Below, piece by piece: positions 31,054 to 40,699 of a stretch of 64,000 nucleotides of DNA; position 1 is the first letter of the stretch; every line of letters starts with the position of its first letter. The stretch is from an uncultured virus (IMG/VR IMGVR_UViG_3300027834_000001) (Duplodnaviria > Heunggongvirae > Uroviricota > Caudoviricetes). The position numbers were made by a program, and so were the translations under genes. Location of the stretch: IMG/VR virus record IMGVR_UViG_3300027834_000001, one strand, 5' to 3'. The notes beneath the pieces were generated by a model. That model was not told the DNA's origin. It ran no database searches and saw only the letters and a list, made by a program, of their open reading frames with translations.

Positions 31054-31964
31054 TGGGCCTTGAAAAAGTCAATGCGTTCTTCAGCTTTGTTGAGGAACGC
31101 GAACAGATCCGTCTCCGAAAGGAGGCGGATTTGCCGTATCCCTGGACTGAAGACTCGATCCTCAGGGACTACAAATTCACCAACGTTCATCGGCATCATG
31201 ATAGGACAAGCCGTGAACTACGGGAGCAATTTTACGATCAACATCGTGGATCCTCCTGCAAAACTATTCTCATGAATGCCGCTACGTTCCGATATTTCGG
31301 GACGCATGAATTTGCCTCTGCTTTGGGCTGGACTGATTTCAAAGATATGGATGATGACCATTGGGAATGGGTGAAAGAACTTGCGGAAGATAGACTGGCA
31401 GACAAAGAACGTGTCTTCACGGGCGCATACGTTATCACGAACCAAGGCATCTCCGCCCCTAAGCAAGAAGTCGTGGTTGATTATTTTCTCAAGGCTCTTC
31501 AGAAGGCAGCCCCGGAAGTAGTCGGCATTGCAATCGATACTCAAAGCTGGGAGAAAGTTGCTGATCGTATGCGGTTGATCAATGGTTTCGGAGGTTCTGG
31601 CTTCATGACCAAAGAGATCTTGCTTGACACCACCTACACTAAATTCTGGGACAATATGGTTGATCATCCAAAGGACGGACAGTTTAGCTTCCCTGTTGAT
31701 TGGGATAGCTGGACACCCATTGGTCCTGGAGCGAGACGTGGTGCAGCACGGGTCAGCGGTGACGACGAAGCCAAGCCACTTAAGGAAGAAGCTGCTGGTG
31801 ATGTGATCGACGATCTGCTGTTCCAGCAAGACTTGTTTCTACCTGACGAATGGGATACTCTTGCGCCTCACGATATCCAGTTTCAGCTTTGTGAATTCGA
31901 CAAGTATGAGCGTGTTCGCTTGGGCCAAGGACGACCACGGTCTCGCTACAAAGCACCAAAGTAA
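31053..31964 (+). CDS. 5-hmdU DNA kinase family (aGPT-Pplase1-like)
   Basis: ERE.IR.RK, PWTEDSIL..YKFTNV.R..DR, GPGARRG and LCEFDKYER. Confidence 0.85.
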   Translation: MGLEKVNAFFSFVEEREQIRLRKEADLPYPWTEDSILRDYKFTNVHRHHDRTSRELREQFYDQHRGSSCKTILMNAATFRYFGTHEFASALGWTDFKDMDDDHWEWVKELAEDRLADKERVFTGAYVITNQGISAPKQEVVVDYFLKALQKAAPEVVGIAIDTQSWEKVADRMRLINGFGGSGFMTKEILLDTTYTKFWDNMVDHPKDGQFSFPVDWDSWTPIGPGARRGAARVSGDDEAKPLKEEAAGDVIDDLLFQQDLFLPDEWDTLAPHDIQFQLCEFDKYERVRLGQGRPRSRYKAPK

Positions 31965-32048
31965 TCTGGAAGAGGGCGACAAATAGCACTTGTCTTTTGC
32001 GCCCTCCGCCGCTATGCTGGCTAAACATAACCTTTCGGAGATAGCCAA

Positions 32049-33320
32049 ATGAAGATACTGGTTGCGCTTCACAAGTGCATGGACCTCGGCGGTATTATTG
32101 ATCATACCGAGCAACTCATAGGCGGTCTCCAAGACCTCGGCCATGATGTTCACCTCAAAGAACTCGTATGGGCGTTTCAAGCCCCTGCACAACGTAAGAC
32201 AGCAGACTGGAGCATCGGCCCAAGTGGCATTCCACATCACCAAGGAAAGGGCTGGAACTTTGATCGGAAGGATCGCATTCCTTATCGTGGTGGCGCTGCT
32301 CTATCAGGCGCAAAGCAACGGCTCGAGGCTTACGACCTCATCATTTGGACAATGCCAGTTCCAAGCAAGAACAAAGACAATCTCGGTAACGATGACTGGC
32401 CAGAGTTGTACGACCTTCCAAAGCGCGTTAAGCAGGTTGCATTCATCCATGACGGGAATGCAGTAAAGGGAGCAGGTCATCTGCTGGCTATCCAGGACCG
32501 CCTCTCTGGGCTGGCCTGTGTTCACCCGTGCGCCCTCAATGGTGCCACCTTTGCAGACGTGCCTCGCACCATGATTGTCAATCCTCAGCTGAACCCCGTG
32601 CGTCCTTACGCCAAGTGGGAACAGAAGTCTCCAGGTTTCGTAAACATGCAGACCTTCAAGGCGTGGAAACATGCTCACGAACTGGTGGAAGCAGTTCACT
32701 ATATGCAGCCGCGTGGAGCCGACGAGTTGCGCGAGATCGCTGGCTTGGGCATTGAATACCGCTACATGACCAGCGAGGACAAGTGCAAGGATGCCTACTT
32801 CCACGCCAATGGTGAGAAGTTCTGGGACGCTGCACTGAACAACGGCATGACCCACCACGATTATTGGGATAAAGACCAAGTTGACAACTATCTCAACGAA
32901 GCCCGTGTCTTGGTCGACCCGTCATGGTCCAACAATTATTCAAAAGTCGGCGGTCACTTTAACCGTGTGGCCGTGGATGCAATGATGCGCGGCTGTTGTG
33001 TCTTGGCTCGACAAAAAGGGATGGGTTCGGAGTTGTTCCAGTCTGGTGAACACTACATGGCTATCCCCGAGGATGCTGATGCTCAGGAATATGCTGACCT
33101 CGTTCAGTATGCTGGCGGCATCGCACCGAAAACGGCACAACGCATGATTGATGCGAACCGTGAACTCTTACCCATGTTTGATCGGAAGACAGTGGCGCAA
33201 CGTGTCATTGATCTGGCACATGGTGAGATCGAAGTGGAGGAAGTCCAAGGGACAGCCAGCCATGCAATGGAAACCAAGGTCGAGAATATGTTGTTCGACC
33301 ATTTCGGAGTACTACTATAA
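32049..33320 (+). CDS. GT-B glycosyltransferase, putative DNA-modifying
   Basis: MKILV...GGI...L..L..LGHDV, FIHD and LVDPS...FNRVAVDAMMRGC. Confidence 0.75.
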   Translation: MKILVALHKCMDLGGIIDHTEQLIGGLQDLGHDVHLKELVWAFQAPAQRKTADWSIGPSGIPHHQGKGWNFDRKDRIPYRGGAALSGAKQRLEAYDLIIWTMPVPSKNKDNLGNDDWPELYDLPKRVKQVAFIHDGNAVKGAGHLLAIQDRLSGLACVHPCALNGATFADVPRTMIVNPQLNPVRPYAKWEQKSPGFVNMQTFKAWKHAHELVEAVHYMQPRGADELREIAGLGIEYRYMTSEDKCKDAYFHANGEKFWDAALNNGMTHHDYWDKDQVDNYLNEARVLVDPSWSNNYSKVGGHFNRVAVDAMMRGCCVLARQKGMGSELFQSGEHYMAIPEDADAQEYADLVQYAGGIAPKTAQRMIDANRELLPMFDRKTVAQRVIDLAHGEIEVEEVQGTASHAMETKVENMLFDHFGVLL

Positions 33321-34330
33321 TGGATATTGTTTCAGTTCGCAACGTGGAGGAAGCCCTCATCTTGGGCACGAAGGTTGTCAACTCTGTTGGTGTGCGGCGA
33401 GACAGCCGCAACGGTCCTGTGAAGGTCATGCCAATGCCAGTGACCACGATCTACAGTCACCCAAAGGAACGCGTCATGTTCCTGCCGGATCGCGACTGCA
33501 ACCCATACTTCCACTTCATGGAATGCCTCTGGATGCTGTCCGGTCGCCGTGACGTTGCTTGGATTTCACAGTTTAGCAGCAACATCGCCAACTACTCCGA
33601 TGATGGGATCAACTTCCATGGTGCCTACGGTTATCGCTGGCGGAACCACTTTACTGAGCCGGACGACAAGAACAACGTTCTCGATCAACTGGCCACCATC
33701 GCTGAACTTCTCAAGAAGAACCCCGATGACCGCCGCACTGTTCTCCAAATGTGGGACGCAACTGTTGACCTCGGTTTGGATGGCAAGGACTTCCCTTGCA
33801 ACCTGATCATCACCTTCCGGATCAATCCGCAGGGCCACCTTGATATGACTGTGTTCAATCGCAGTAACGATATGGTCTGGGGAGCCTACGGGGCGAACGC
33901 TGTTCACATGTCCTTCCTGCAAGAAGTCATGGCTTCATGGGTCGGTGTGCCTGTCGGCAAATACTGGCAGATCAGCACCAACTTCCACGCCTATCTGAAC
34001 ACACTGGCCAAGGTGGAGTCAGTGATGGACCTCTCTGCTGGGTTCACACCATACGAGCTCGATGAAGTTGCACCGTTTCCAATCGTCAGTTCTGGTATTG
34101 ATCAGTGGCATTCTGACTTGGCTATGTTCATGGACGAAGGTGCCAACGCGATGGGATACACTGACCAATTCTTCAAGAAGGTGGCCGTGCCTATGCTGCA
34201 ATCGTGGCAAGCGTGGAAAGATCGAGAAGCCCCTGACTTCATGGACAGCGCCGCTTACTACGCTGACCGCATCGCAGCTTCCGACTGGCGCAAAGCCTGT
34301 GTGGAATGGCTGGAGCGTCGGGACGTATGA
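33320..34330 (+). CDS. Thymidylate synthase-fold enzyme, probable dUMP hydroxymethylase
   Basis: SRNG, NPYFHFME.LW.L.GR.D, GAYGYRW, DFPCN, NRSND..WG.YGAN and NFHAY. Confidence 0.85.
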   Translation: MDIVSVRNVEEALILGTKVVNSVGVRRDSRNGPVKVMPMPVTTIYSHPKERVMFLPDRDCNPYFHFMECLWMLSGRRDVAWISQFSSNIANYSDDGINFHGAYGYRWRNHFTEPDDKNNVLDQLATIAELLKKNPDDRRTVLQMWDATVDLGLDGKDFPCNLIITFRINPQGHLDMTVFNRSNDMVWGAYGANAVHMSFLQEVMASWVGVPVGKYWQISTNFHAYLNTLAKVESVMDLSAGFTPYELDEVAPFPIVSSGIDQWHSDLAMFMDEGANAMGYTDQFFKKVAVPMLQSWQAWKDREAPDFMDSAAYYADRIAASDWRKACVEWLERRDV

Positions 34331-34899
34331 GCAGCAATGGACCCATCTACGTTTTTAACTCAGATGTAGAGCGCATCAAATACTCTCGTGAAGCAGCATG
34401 TGTTCAGAGGACACATGCGGCTCCTGGGATCGGCGACCACTCAGTCGGGAAGCATAGCTTCAACATGGTCACAATGCTTCTGATCATGTGGCCAGAAGCG
34501 CCACGTGAACTGATCGTCGCCTGCATCAAACATGATCTCCCAGAGCGGACAACGGGTGACATGCCTCATCCAGCGAAGCGGGCTGGTATCCAGAACGATG
34601 AAGCCCAAGCGGAAGCAGAGTTCGACATCAACGAGGGCTTGTTCGGTATCCACGAAGAACACTATCTTCCGGACGAACTGAAACTCTGGCTCTCTGGGCT
34701 GGACATGCTCGAATTCTACTGCTATTGCCGTGATCAGTGGATGATGGGCAACCGTTCAATTGAGACCAAGCTTCAACAAGTTGAGGCAATCATGCTGAAG
34801 AGCCCGCACTTGTTTCCCATTGAGATCGTGAATATGTATTATGAGATCAAGGACCACGATTGGGCTCAGATGCCAGATATCGGGGGACGTGTGGAATGA
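34327..34899 (+). CDS. HD-domain 5'-deoxynucleotidase (YfbR-like)
   Basis: R.H...HSVGKHS, HDLPE..TGDMP.P.K and DMLE. Confidence 0.85.
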   Translation: MSSNGPIYVFNSDVERIKYSREAACVQRTHAAPGIGDHSVGKHSFNMVTMLLIMWPEAPRELIVACIKHDLPERTTGDMPHPAKRAGIQNDEAQAEAEFDINEGLFGIHEEHYLPDELKLWLSGLDMLEFYCYCRDQWMMGNRSIETKLQQVEAIMLKSPHLFPIEIVNMYYEIKDHDWAQMPDIGGRVE

Positions 34900-35669
34900 G
34901 TCACGACCGTGACGTCAAGACCTGTGATTGCGGAAAGCAATTGTGGGACGGAGCAACCTGTAACTGCAAGGAACTGAAAATGAGAGCGACACAAGTCGGT
35001 GGTGACCACTATCAAGCGAAGTATCAGCATTGGGATTGGGCAGGCGATGTTCGCCTCGGCTACTACGAGAGCGCCGCTTCCAAGTATGCCTTCCGCTGGT
35101 ATAAGAAGAATGGCATCGAAGACTTGGACAAGGCGCGGTCCTACCTGCTCAAAGCCAAGGAGATGTTCTTGGAAGGTCGTTGGGACAACCGTTGTCTGCA
35201 CGTTGACAGCTGGCCGTTGGCTCGTGACAAGGCAGAAGACATGTTCGCAACCTTCTGTGATGAAGCCGTTGTGCCTATGATCGAGGCCGACCTCTGCCTT
35301 GCAATCGCTCAATGGCGTACCGACGCAGACCTCAGCATTATCATTGGCCATTTGGGAGCGCATATAGAAGCCGCACAGGGCGTGCTTGATGCTGGCGGCA
35401 CCCTTGGCCCATTGGTGGCCTTAAACGCGCCACAGGCCGCAAAAACAGGGGCCGCTGGACGTGCTGGTGGCACTACCACCCAAGGCGCGGCATCCAGCGC
35501 GTCCATAGGCGTCGCAATGAAGGCATTTGGCCCGTGTCCCTGCGGTTGCGGACAGCCACGCGCCAAGGGAATGAACTATGCGACCCTTGATTGTGCGAAG
35601 AATGTCCGCGCAGCAGAACTCAGTAAAGGGACTGACCATCCTGCTCCCTTTGGATATAAGGATGACTAA
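34896..35669 (+). CDS. DUF3310 (putative nucleotide kinase) protein with low-complexity/Cys tail
   Basis: QVGGDHY, KY..RW.KKNG.EDL.KA..YL, and CPCGCG near the C-terminus. Confidence 0.75.
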   Translation: MSHDRDVKTCDCGKQLWDGATCNCKELKMRATQVGGDHYQAKYQHWDWAGDVRLGYYESAASKYAFRWYKKNGIEDLDKARSYLLKAKEMFLEGRWDNRCLHVDSWPLARDKAEDMFATFCDEAVVPMIEADLCLAIAQWRTDADLSIIIGHLGAHIEAAQGVLDAGGTLGPLVALNAPQAAKTGAAGRAGGTTTQGAASSASIGVAMKAFGPCPCGCGQPRAKGMNYATLDCAKNVRAAELSKGTDHPAPFGYKDD

Positions 35670-35839
35670 TGAGATTTCTTAGAAGACTCTTTAGAAGAAT
35701 TACTGGTACTTCCAGAGGCAATCATTGGGCTGATGGTCTACCTAAATGTAAACATAGACCTGGACCTTCTGGTCAAAGAAGGTGTCAGAATATCGCTACA
35801 CATAGTAGATATTGCTCTATTCATCGTTGGATACACTAA
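35669..35839 (+). CDS. Small basic C3H zinc-finger-like protein (56 aa)
   Basis: KCKHRPGPSGQRRCQNIATHSRYCSIH. TAATG overlaps at both ends. Confidence 0.55.
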   Translation: MRFLRRLFRRITGTSRGNHWADGLPKCKHRPGPSGQRRCQNIATHSRYCSIHRWIH

Positions 35840-36240
35840 TGATCATTAAGGGATGGGCCTCAGTATGGGGTGAATGCGATAGCCATAGTGATGTCACAGT
35901 GAAAGGTAGTTTCAAGAAAGATCTCAAGAAGTTTGACTACACAAGACCGATGCTTCTGCACCATGACAAGGCACAAATCATCGGTCGATGGGACGTGATC
36001 AAAGAGAAAAAGTATGGTCTCTGGTGTGAAGGAACAGTCCTCGATGATAACGCACAGTTTTGGATCAAAGAACACTGCCTTTCTGGTCTATCAATTGGTT
36101 ATGCTGGCCGAAGAGAATTCAGGAAGCGTGGTCTGTGCATGTTACAACAGATTGAATTAGAAGAGATCTCCGTAACTTCAATTCCCGCTAATAGAGCGGC
36201 AAGAATTATGGAGATCATTGCCGATGGCAAAGCAGACTAA
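35839..36240 (+). CDS. HK97-family prohead protease (S78), displaced
   Basis: GWASVW...D, PMLLHHD..IG.W, GLSIGY and LEEISVTSIPAN..ARI. Confidence 0.85.
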   Translation: MIIKGWASVWGECDSHSDVTVKGSFKKDLKKFDYTRPMLLHHDKAQIIGRWDVIKEKKYGLWCEGTVLDDNAQFWIKEHCLSGLSIGYAGRREFRKRGLCMLQQIELEEISVTSIPANRAARIMEIIADGKAD

Positions 36241-38299
36241 ACAAGCCGCCGCGAAAGCTAGGAATGATGGGACCTCTCCCCTCCAGATGTCAATGTTTAC
36301 GCCCAAGGCAGACTGGCGTCCTCCTGCGATCTCAGACCTTCCCTCTTGGGCCAATGTAAAAAGGATAGCGATTGATGCTGAAACAAGGGATCCGTCACTT
36401 AGCGCAGGGCTTGGAACAGGCCAGATGCGAGATGGCTACACTGTCGGATGGGCTTTCGCACTTGATGGTGGACCAAAGCACTATCTTCCTTTCCGACATG
36501 AGGGCGGCGACAACCTGGATCAAGACGAAGTGTTGCGATACCTCAGAGACAACATCAAAGGGTTCAAAGGAGAGTACGTTGGAGCAAATCTCGCTTACGA
36601 TGTCGACTACGGATATAACGATGGCTTTGAATGGCATCGCGAGGCTAAGTTCCGTGATATCCAGATTGCAGACCCATTGCTCTACGAACTCCACTGGTCG
36701 TATTCGCTTGCCAACATTGGTGAGCGATGCGGAGTTGAAGCGAAGGATGAAACGCTCCTCATCGAAGCAGCTAAAGCGCACGGACTTGATGCAAAGAAAG
36801 GACTATGGCGGCTACCCGCTCGCTTTGTCGGGGCGTATGGTGAACAAGACGTCACCTCGCCGCTTGAAATCCTACGAATACAAGAAGAAAAAATTGAGAA
36901 AGCAGGCCTCCGCGAAATCTGGGACCTCGAGACGGATGTCCTCCCTGTTCTCGTAAGGATGCGTCGCCGTGGTGTGCGGATTGACTTTGACAAACTGGCA
37001 TCCATTGAAAAGTGGGCGCTAGATGAAGAGCAGAAGTCCATTGATCTGGTCAAGCGTGAGACAGGTGTCTCCATTGGGCTGGACAACATCTGGAAACCGA
37101 ACGTTCTTGCGCCTGCGCTTGAGGAAATCGGTATGCGTCTCAATAAGACATCAACTGGCGCACCACAGATCGACAAGGCTTTGCTCGGAGGCGCAGACCA
37201 TCCCGTGCCGGAGGCTATCCTCCATGCTCGCAAGGTAAACAAGATCAGGACAACCTTCGCTGCATCAATTCGCAAGTATGCAGTCAACGGTAAGATCCAC
37301 TGCTCGTTCAAGCAGATTGCAGCCGAGGATGAGCAAGGCAGACAGAAAGGTGTTCGTTATGGCAGGCTCTCGGCGGTTGATCCTAACCTCCAACAGCAGC
37401 CTAGCCCTGACCGTGATCCAATTATTGCTGGCGAATGGAGAAAGATCTTCATCCCTGAAGAAGGAGCAATCTGGGGCTGCAACGACTATTCCCAGCAAGA
37501 ACCCAGATGGACAACACACTTCGCCGCCCTCATGGACTTCCCAAAAGCCAGAGACGCAGCCAAACGATACAGAGACGACCCAAGTACAGACAATCATGAA
37601 ATGATGACCCGTATCGTTAATGGTGATACAGCGGTTGACGCATGGCTGGCTGATAACCCAAAGCAATTCAAGTTGGAGCGAGGGTTCTCCAAGGCTATCT
37701 ACCTTGGGCTATGCTATGGTGAAGGCGGAGCCAAACTCTGCGAGGACATCGGCAAGCCTACTCGTTGGGCACATATCTCAGGATGGGGCAAGAAACGCCG
37801 CATTGATTACTACGAAGATAAGCAAGATGCGATGGCTGCAAGGATGGATGCGGGGACTGGCTACTATAAGGAGATGGCTGGTGAAGAGGGACAAGAGATA
37901 CTGGATAAATTCGATCGGGAAGCGCCGTTTGTGGGAGCATTGGCGAAAGCTGCGACAGCAAGGGCCGAAGGTAAGGGTTTCGTCAAGACGATATTTAACA
38001 GGCACCTTCATTTTGAACAACGAGACGATGGTTCCTACGACTTCACCCACAAAGCCCTGAACAGAGTGATCCAAGGCTCGTCTGCAGACCAGACAAAGCT
38101 GGCACTGGTCGAGATTGACAAGACAGACGCGTATCTGCAATTGCAGGTCCACGATGAAACGGATGGCAGTTATGGCTCGGTCGCAGAAGCGGTGGCAGTC
38201 GGTGATATTATGAGGGACTGTGTTCTTAAGCGATGTCGACCTCTAGTTCCATTCAAAGTCGACACCGAGTGCGGTCCTAGCTGGGGAGAAATTAAATGA
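36218..38299 (+). CDS. polA: DNA polymerase, family A, with 3'-5' exonuclease
   Basis: AIDAET, GRLS..DPNLQQ, DYSQQEPR, KAIYLGLCYG, IQGSSADQTK and QVHDE. Confidence 0.95.
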   Translation: MPMAKQTKQAAAKARNDGTSPLQMSMFTPKADWRPPAISDLPSWANVKRIAIDAETRDPSLSAGLGTGQMRDGYTVGWAFALDGGPKHYLPFRHEGGDNLDQDEVLRYLRDNIKGFKGEYVGANLAYDVDYGYNDGFEWHREAKFRDIQIADPLLYELHWSYSLANIGERCGVEAKDETLLIEAAKAHGLDAKKGLWRLPARFVGAYGEQDVTSPLEILRIQEEKIEKAGLREIWDLETDVLPVLVRMRRRGVRIDFDKLASIEKWALDEEQKSIDLVKRETGVSIGLDNIWKPNVLAPALEEIGMRLNKTSTGAPQIDKALLGGADHPVPEAILHARKVNKIRTTFAASIRKYAVNGKIHCSFKQIAAEDEQGRQKGVRYGRLSAVDPNLQQQPSPDRDPIIAGEWRKIFIPEEGAIWGCNDYSQQEPRWTTHFAALMDFPKARDAAKRYRDDPSTDNHEMMTRIVNGDTAVDAWLADNPKQFKLERGFSKAIYLGLCYGEGGAKLCEDIGKPTRWAHISGWGKKRRIDYYEDKQDAMAARMDAGTGYYKEMAGEEGQEILDKFDREAPFVGALAKAATARAEGKGFVKTIFNRHLHFEQRDDGSYDFTHKALNRVIQGSSADQTKLALVEIDKTDAYLQLQVHDETDGSYGSVAEAVAVGDIMRDCVLKRCRPLVPFKVDTECGPSWGEIK

Positions 38300-38465
38300 G
38301 AGTGAAATTCATATTTGCATGGTATGATTTCTGGATAGGTTTGTTCTGGGACAAAAATAAGAGGAGATTATACATACTGCCGATACCTTGCTGTGGATTA
38401 GTAATTCACTTTAAGTAGAAATTTTGCGGCGCTCGCGTCATGTTAGATCTGGATTAGTAATCACC

Positions 38466-38651
38466 ATGAGAGATAAACTGAAAATAGTAGACATAGAGGC
38501 CAGCTTGGTTCATGAGACCGACGCTGCTCGGCTGTTCGATGTCGGTAACGACGATAATGTATGGATACCTAAATCTCAGCACGAATGGGATCCACGGGAC
38601 GGAGTTATCTCCCTGCCGGAAAATGTAGCACTAGAGAAAGGCTTGATATGA
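38466..38651 (+). CDS. Hypothetical protein
   Basis: HETDAA.L...VWIPKSQ...LA.EKGLI small phage family. Confidence 0.65.
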   Translation: MRDKLKIVDIEASLVHETDAARLFDVGNDDNVWIPKSQHEWDPRDGVISLPENVALEKGLI

Positions 38652-38947
38652 GTTTGCAGAAAGAAGTCCTTGATTGGGCCGAGGGGGAGTTTGGTGCGAA
38701 TACTGAACTCAAAATCGCCATTCGTGGTAACAAGGAGATGGCCGAACTGGTTTCCACCATTTCCAACGGCATGGGCAAGAAAGATATCGGCGAAGAGTGC
38801 GCCGACGTGGCTTTCTTCCTCATTCAAATTTGCGAGAAGAACGGCTTCGACCTCATGGAGGAAGTCGCCAAGAAACTCGTCATCAACCGGAAGCGTGAAT
38901 GGGCAATTGCCTCAGACGGTTCCCATCAACACGTAGAAGGAACATAA
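38648..38947 (+). CDS. MazG-like nucleotide pyrophosphohydrolase
   Basis: EMAEL, EECADV and KL.INRKREW. Confidence 0.8.
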   Translation: MSLQKEVLDWAEGEFGANTELKIAIRGNKEMAELVSTISNGMGKKDIGEECADVAFFLIQICEKNGFDLMEEVAKKLVINRKREWAIASDGSHQHVEGT

Positions 38948-38948
38948 T

Positions 38949-39488
38949 TTGAAACATTGCATGTTAGACTTGGAGACCTACGGCACGGGCGCAGGCTGCG
39001 TGATCCGCTCCATTGGTGCAGTCGCTTTTGACCCAAGAACACCTTCCTTGGGCGCAGAGTTCTACAAGAACATCACTGAAGAAGATCAGCTTGCCGCTGG
39101 TGCCTTCAAAGACCCGAATACGGTTAAATGGTGGGAACAGCAAGGTCAGGAAGCCAAGGACGTCCTTGAGCAGAACCAAGTCGACCTGAAAACTGTGGTC
39201 AACGGCTTCAACAACTTCTGGAAGGCAAACCGCTTCAAGTTCGTTTGGTCACAAGGCTCTAACTTCGACAGCGTCCTGTGGGAAGCGACCTGCAAGTTTG
39301 TCGGTGTCAAACCGCCGTGGCAGTTCTTCAACACCCGTGATACCCGCACGATCTACGACGCCTCTGGCTTGAATACCAAGACCATCCAGCGTCAGGGTAT
39401 CTACCACTATGCTCTGGACGACTGCAAGCACCAAGTCCGCTGCATCTACAAGTCGTACATGATGATCGACAAGGTGGAAAAGCGATGA
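38949..39488 (+). CDS. 3'-5' exonuclease (DEDDh, Rv2179c-like)
   Basis: MLDLET.G, SIGAV.FD, NFD, RDTRT and HYALDDC.HQ. TTG start. Confidence 0.85.
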   Translation: MKHCMLDLETYGTGAGCVIRSIGAVAFDPRTPSLGAEFYKNITEEDQLAAGAFKDPNTVKWWEQQGQEAKDVLEQNQVDLKTVVNGFNNFWKANRFKFVWSQGSNFDSVLWEATCKFVGVKPPWQFFNTRDTRTIYDASGLNTKTIQRQGIYHYALDDCKHQVRCIYKSYMMIDKVEKR

Positions 39489-39940
39489 GTATCCATGACA
39501 TGTTCATGGGACACGCTGTTCACGCCAGCAAGTTCAGTCCTGATCCCTCCACGAAGGTGGGGTCGGTGATTGTTCTTGAAGGCAGAGTGTTCTCAGTTGG
39601 ATGGAACCAGTTTCCTCAAGGTGTGGAAGACAGTCCTGAGCGATGGGAAGATCGCGCCCAAAAGTATCCAAGAGTGATCCATGCAGAAGCTGATGCCCTT
39701 GTCGCAGCCGGAAGGATGATGCACCGAGAGCGTCCTCTTCTTGGGTTCGAGGACGCCACCCTCTACACCACTGAATTCCCTTGCTGCTCTTGCTGTGGAC
39801 TGATTATCCAGCATGGCATCAAGAAAGTTGTGTCTCAGGATTTGGCCAGCGACTACGCTGAACGGTGGGCAAAAGAGATTGAAATCTCCAAGTCGATGTT
39901 CGGTGAAGCGGGAGTGGAATTAGAGGTAATTCCCCGATAA
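39485..39940 (+). CDS. dCMP deaminase
   Basis: S.DPSTKVG, HAE..A and PCCSC zinc motifs. Confidence 0.9.
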   Translation: MSIHDMFMGHAVHASKFSPDPSTKVGSVIVLEGRVFSVGWNQFPQGVEDSPERWEDRAQKYPRVIHAEADALVAAGRMMHRERPLLGFEDATLYTTEFPCCSCCGLIIQHGIKKVVSQDLASDYAERWAKEIEISKSMFGEAGVELEVIPR

Positions 39941-39989
39941 ACAGAGGTTGTCAATTGCCAATCCCGCAGTTAGTATAAGGGTTCACGAT

Positions 39990-40412
39990 ATGTCCGAAGC
40001 TTCAAGCCGTTCCAATCTAGTGAAAAAACTCAAGCCATTGGATGCTCTGGCAATTGAGAGCCCTTCTACTGGTTTGGGAATTCCGGACGTCAATTTTATA
40101 GGGGGTTGGATCGAATGCAAGTGGATGAAGTATTGGCCCAAGACAGCAGATGTGAAGCCAGTTCGGTTCACCCATCCTCTCTCAAAACAACAACAAGTGT
40201 GGCTCTGGAGAAGGGAACAACGCGGCGGACTAGCCCTAGTCTGCGCTCAGGTGAGCAAGTCGTGGTTCTTCTGGTCCGGAAAGCACATTAAGGAAAACAA
40301 TCTATGGGACAACATGACGAGACCGGAGATGATAGCGGAAGCACTTCTGTACTTCCCGAACGGCCTGGAGACGGAGAAGTTATTGTCCTTTCTGAGGGAG
40401 AACGGGCGCTGA
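39990..40412 (+). CDS. PD-(D/E)XK nuclease, putative Holliday junction resolvase
   Basis: IE..GIPDV...WIECK...Q..W..R...GG. Confidence 0.7.
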   Translation: MSEASSRSNLVKKLKPLDALAIESPSTGLGIPDVNFIGGWIECKWMKYWPKTADVKPVRFTHPLSKQQQVWLWRREQRGGLALVCAQVSKSWFFWSGKHIKENNLWDNMTRPEMIAEALLYFPNGLETEKLLSFLRENGR

Positions 40413-40699
40413 TCTACCGCCGCCGCATGGGGTTCAGTCAAAAGCAGATGGCCGCTCTATCTGGTGTTAAGCGTCGCCGTTACAGCGAGATGGAAGTCAA
40501 TGGTTCCAATACACTTGCGGTTGTCGCATCTGTTGAACCACTAAAGCCGCATGAGTTGTGTCTCCTGTGGCGTCGCCGCTCTGGTTGGACACAACAGGCT
40601 TGCGCTGATCTTATGGGGATCACGCGCTACTGGTACAACCTGATGGAAAACGGCAAAGTGCCCTCGGATAAACTGGAGGCTTTCTGGAATGAAGGGTGA
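40304..40699 (+). CDS. Tandem XRE-type HTH regulator
   Basis: Two HTH repeats: RRRMGFSQKQMA and RRRSGWTQQACA...MENG. Start is uncertain. Confidence 0.8.
   Translation: MGQHDETGDDSGSTSVLPERPGDGEVIVLSEGERALIYRRRMGFSQKQMAALSGVKRRRYSEMEVNGSNTLAVVASVEPLKPHELCLLWRRRSGWTQQACADLMGITRYWYNLMENGKVPSDKLEAFWNEG

Noticed and set aside
28361..38299. Inteins or introns in RNR or PolA
   Set aside because: Both ORFs are continuous and of normal length, with no splicing or homing-endonuclease motifs.
40304..40699. Lysogeny module
   Set aside because: The HTH gene is embedded in the replication operon. No integrase, ParA or divergent cI/cro arrangement was recognised.
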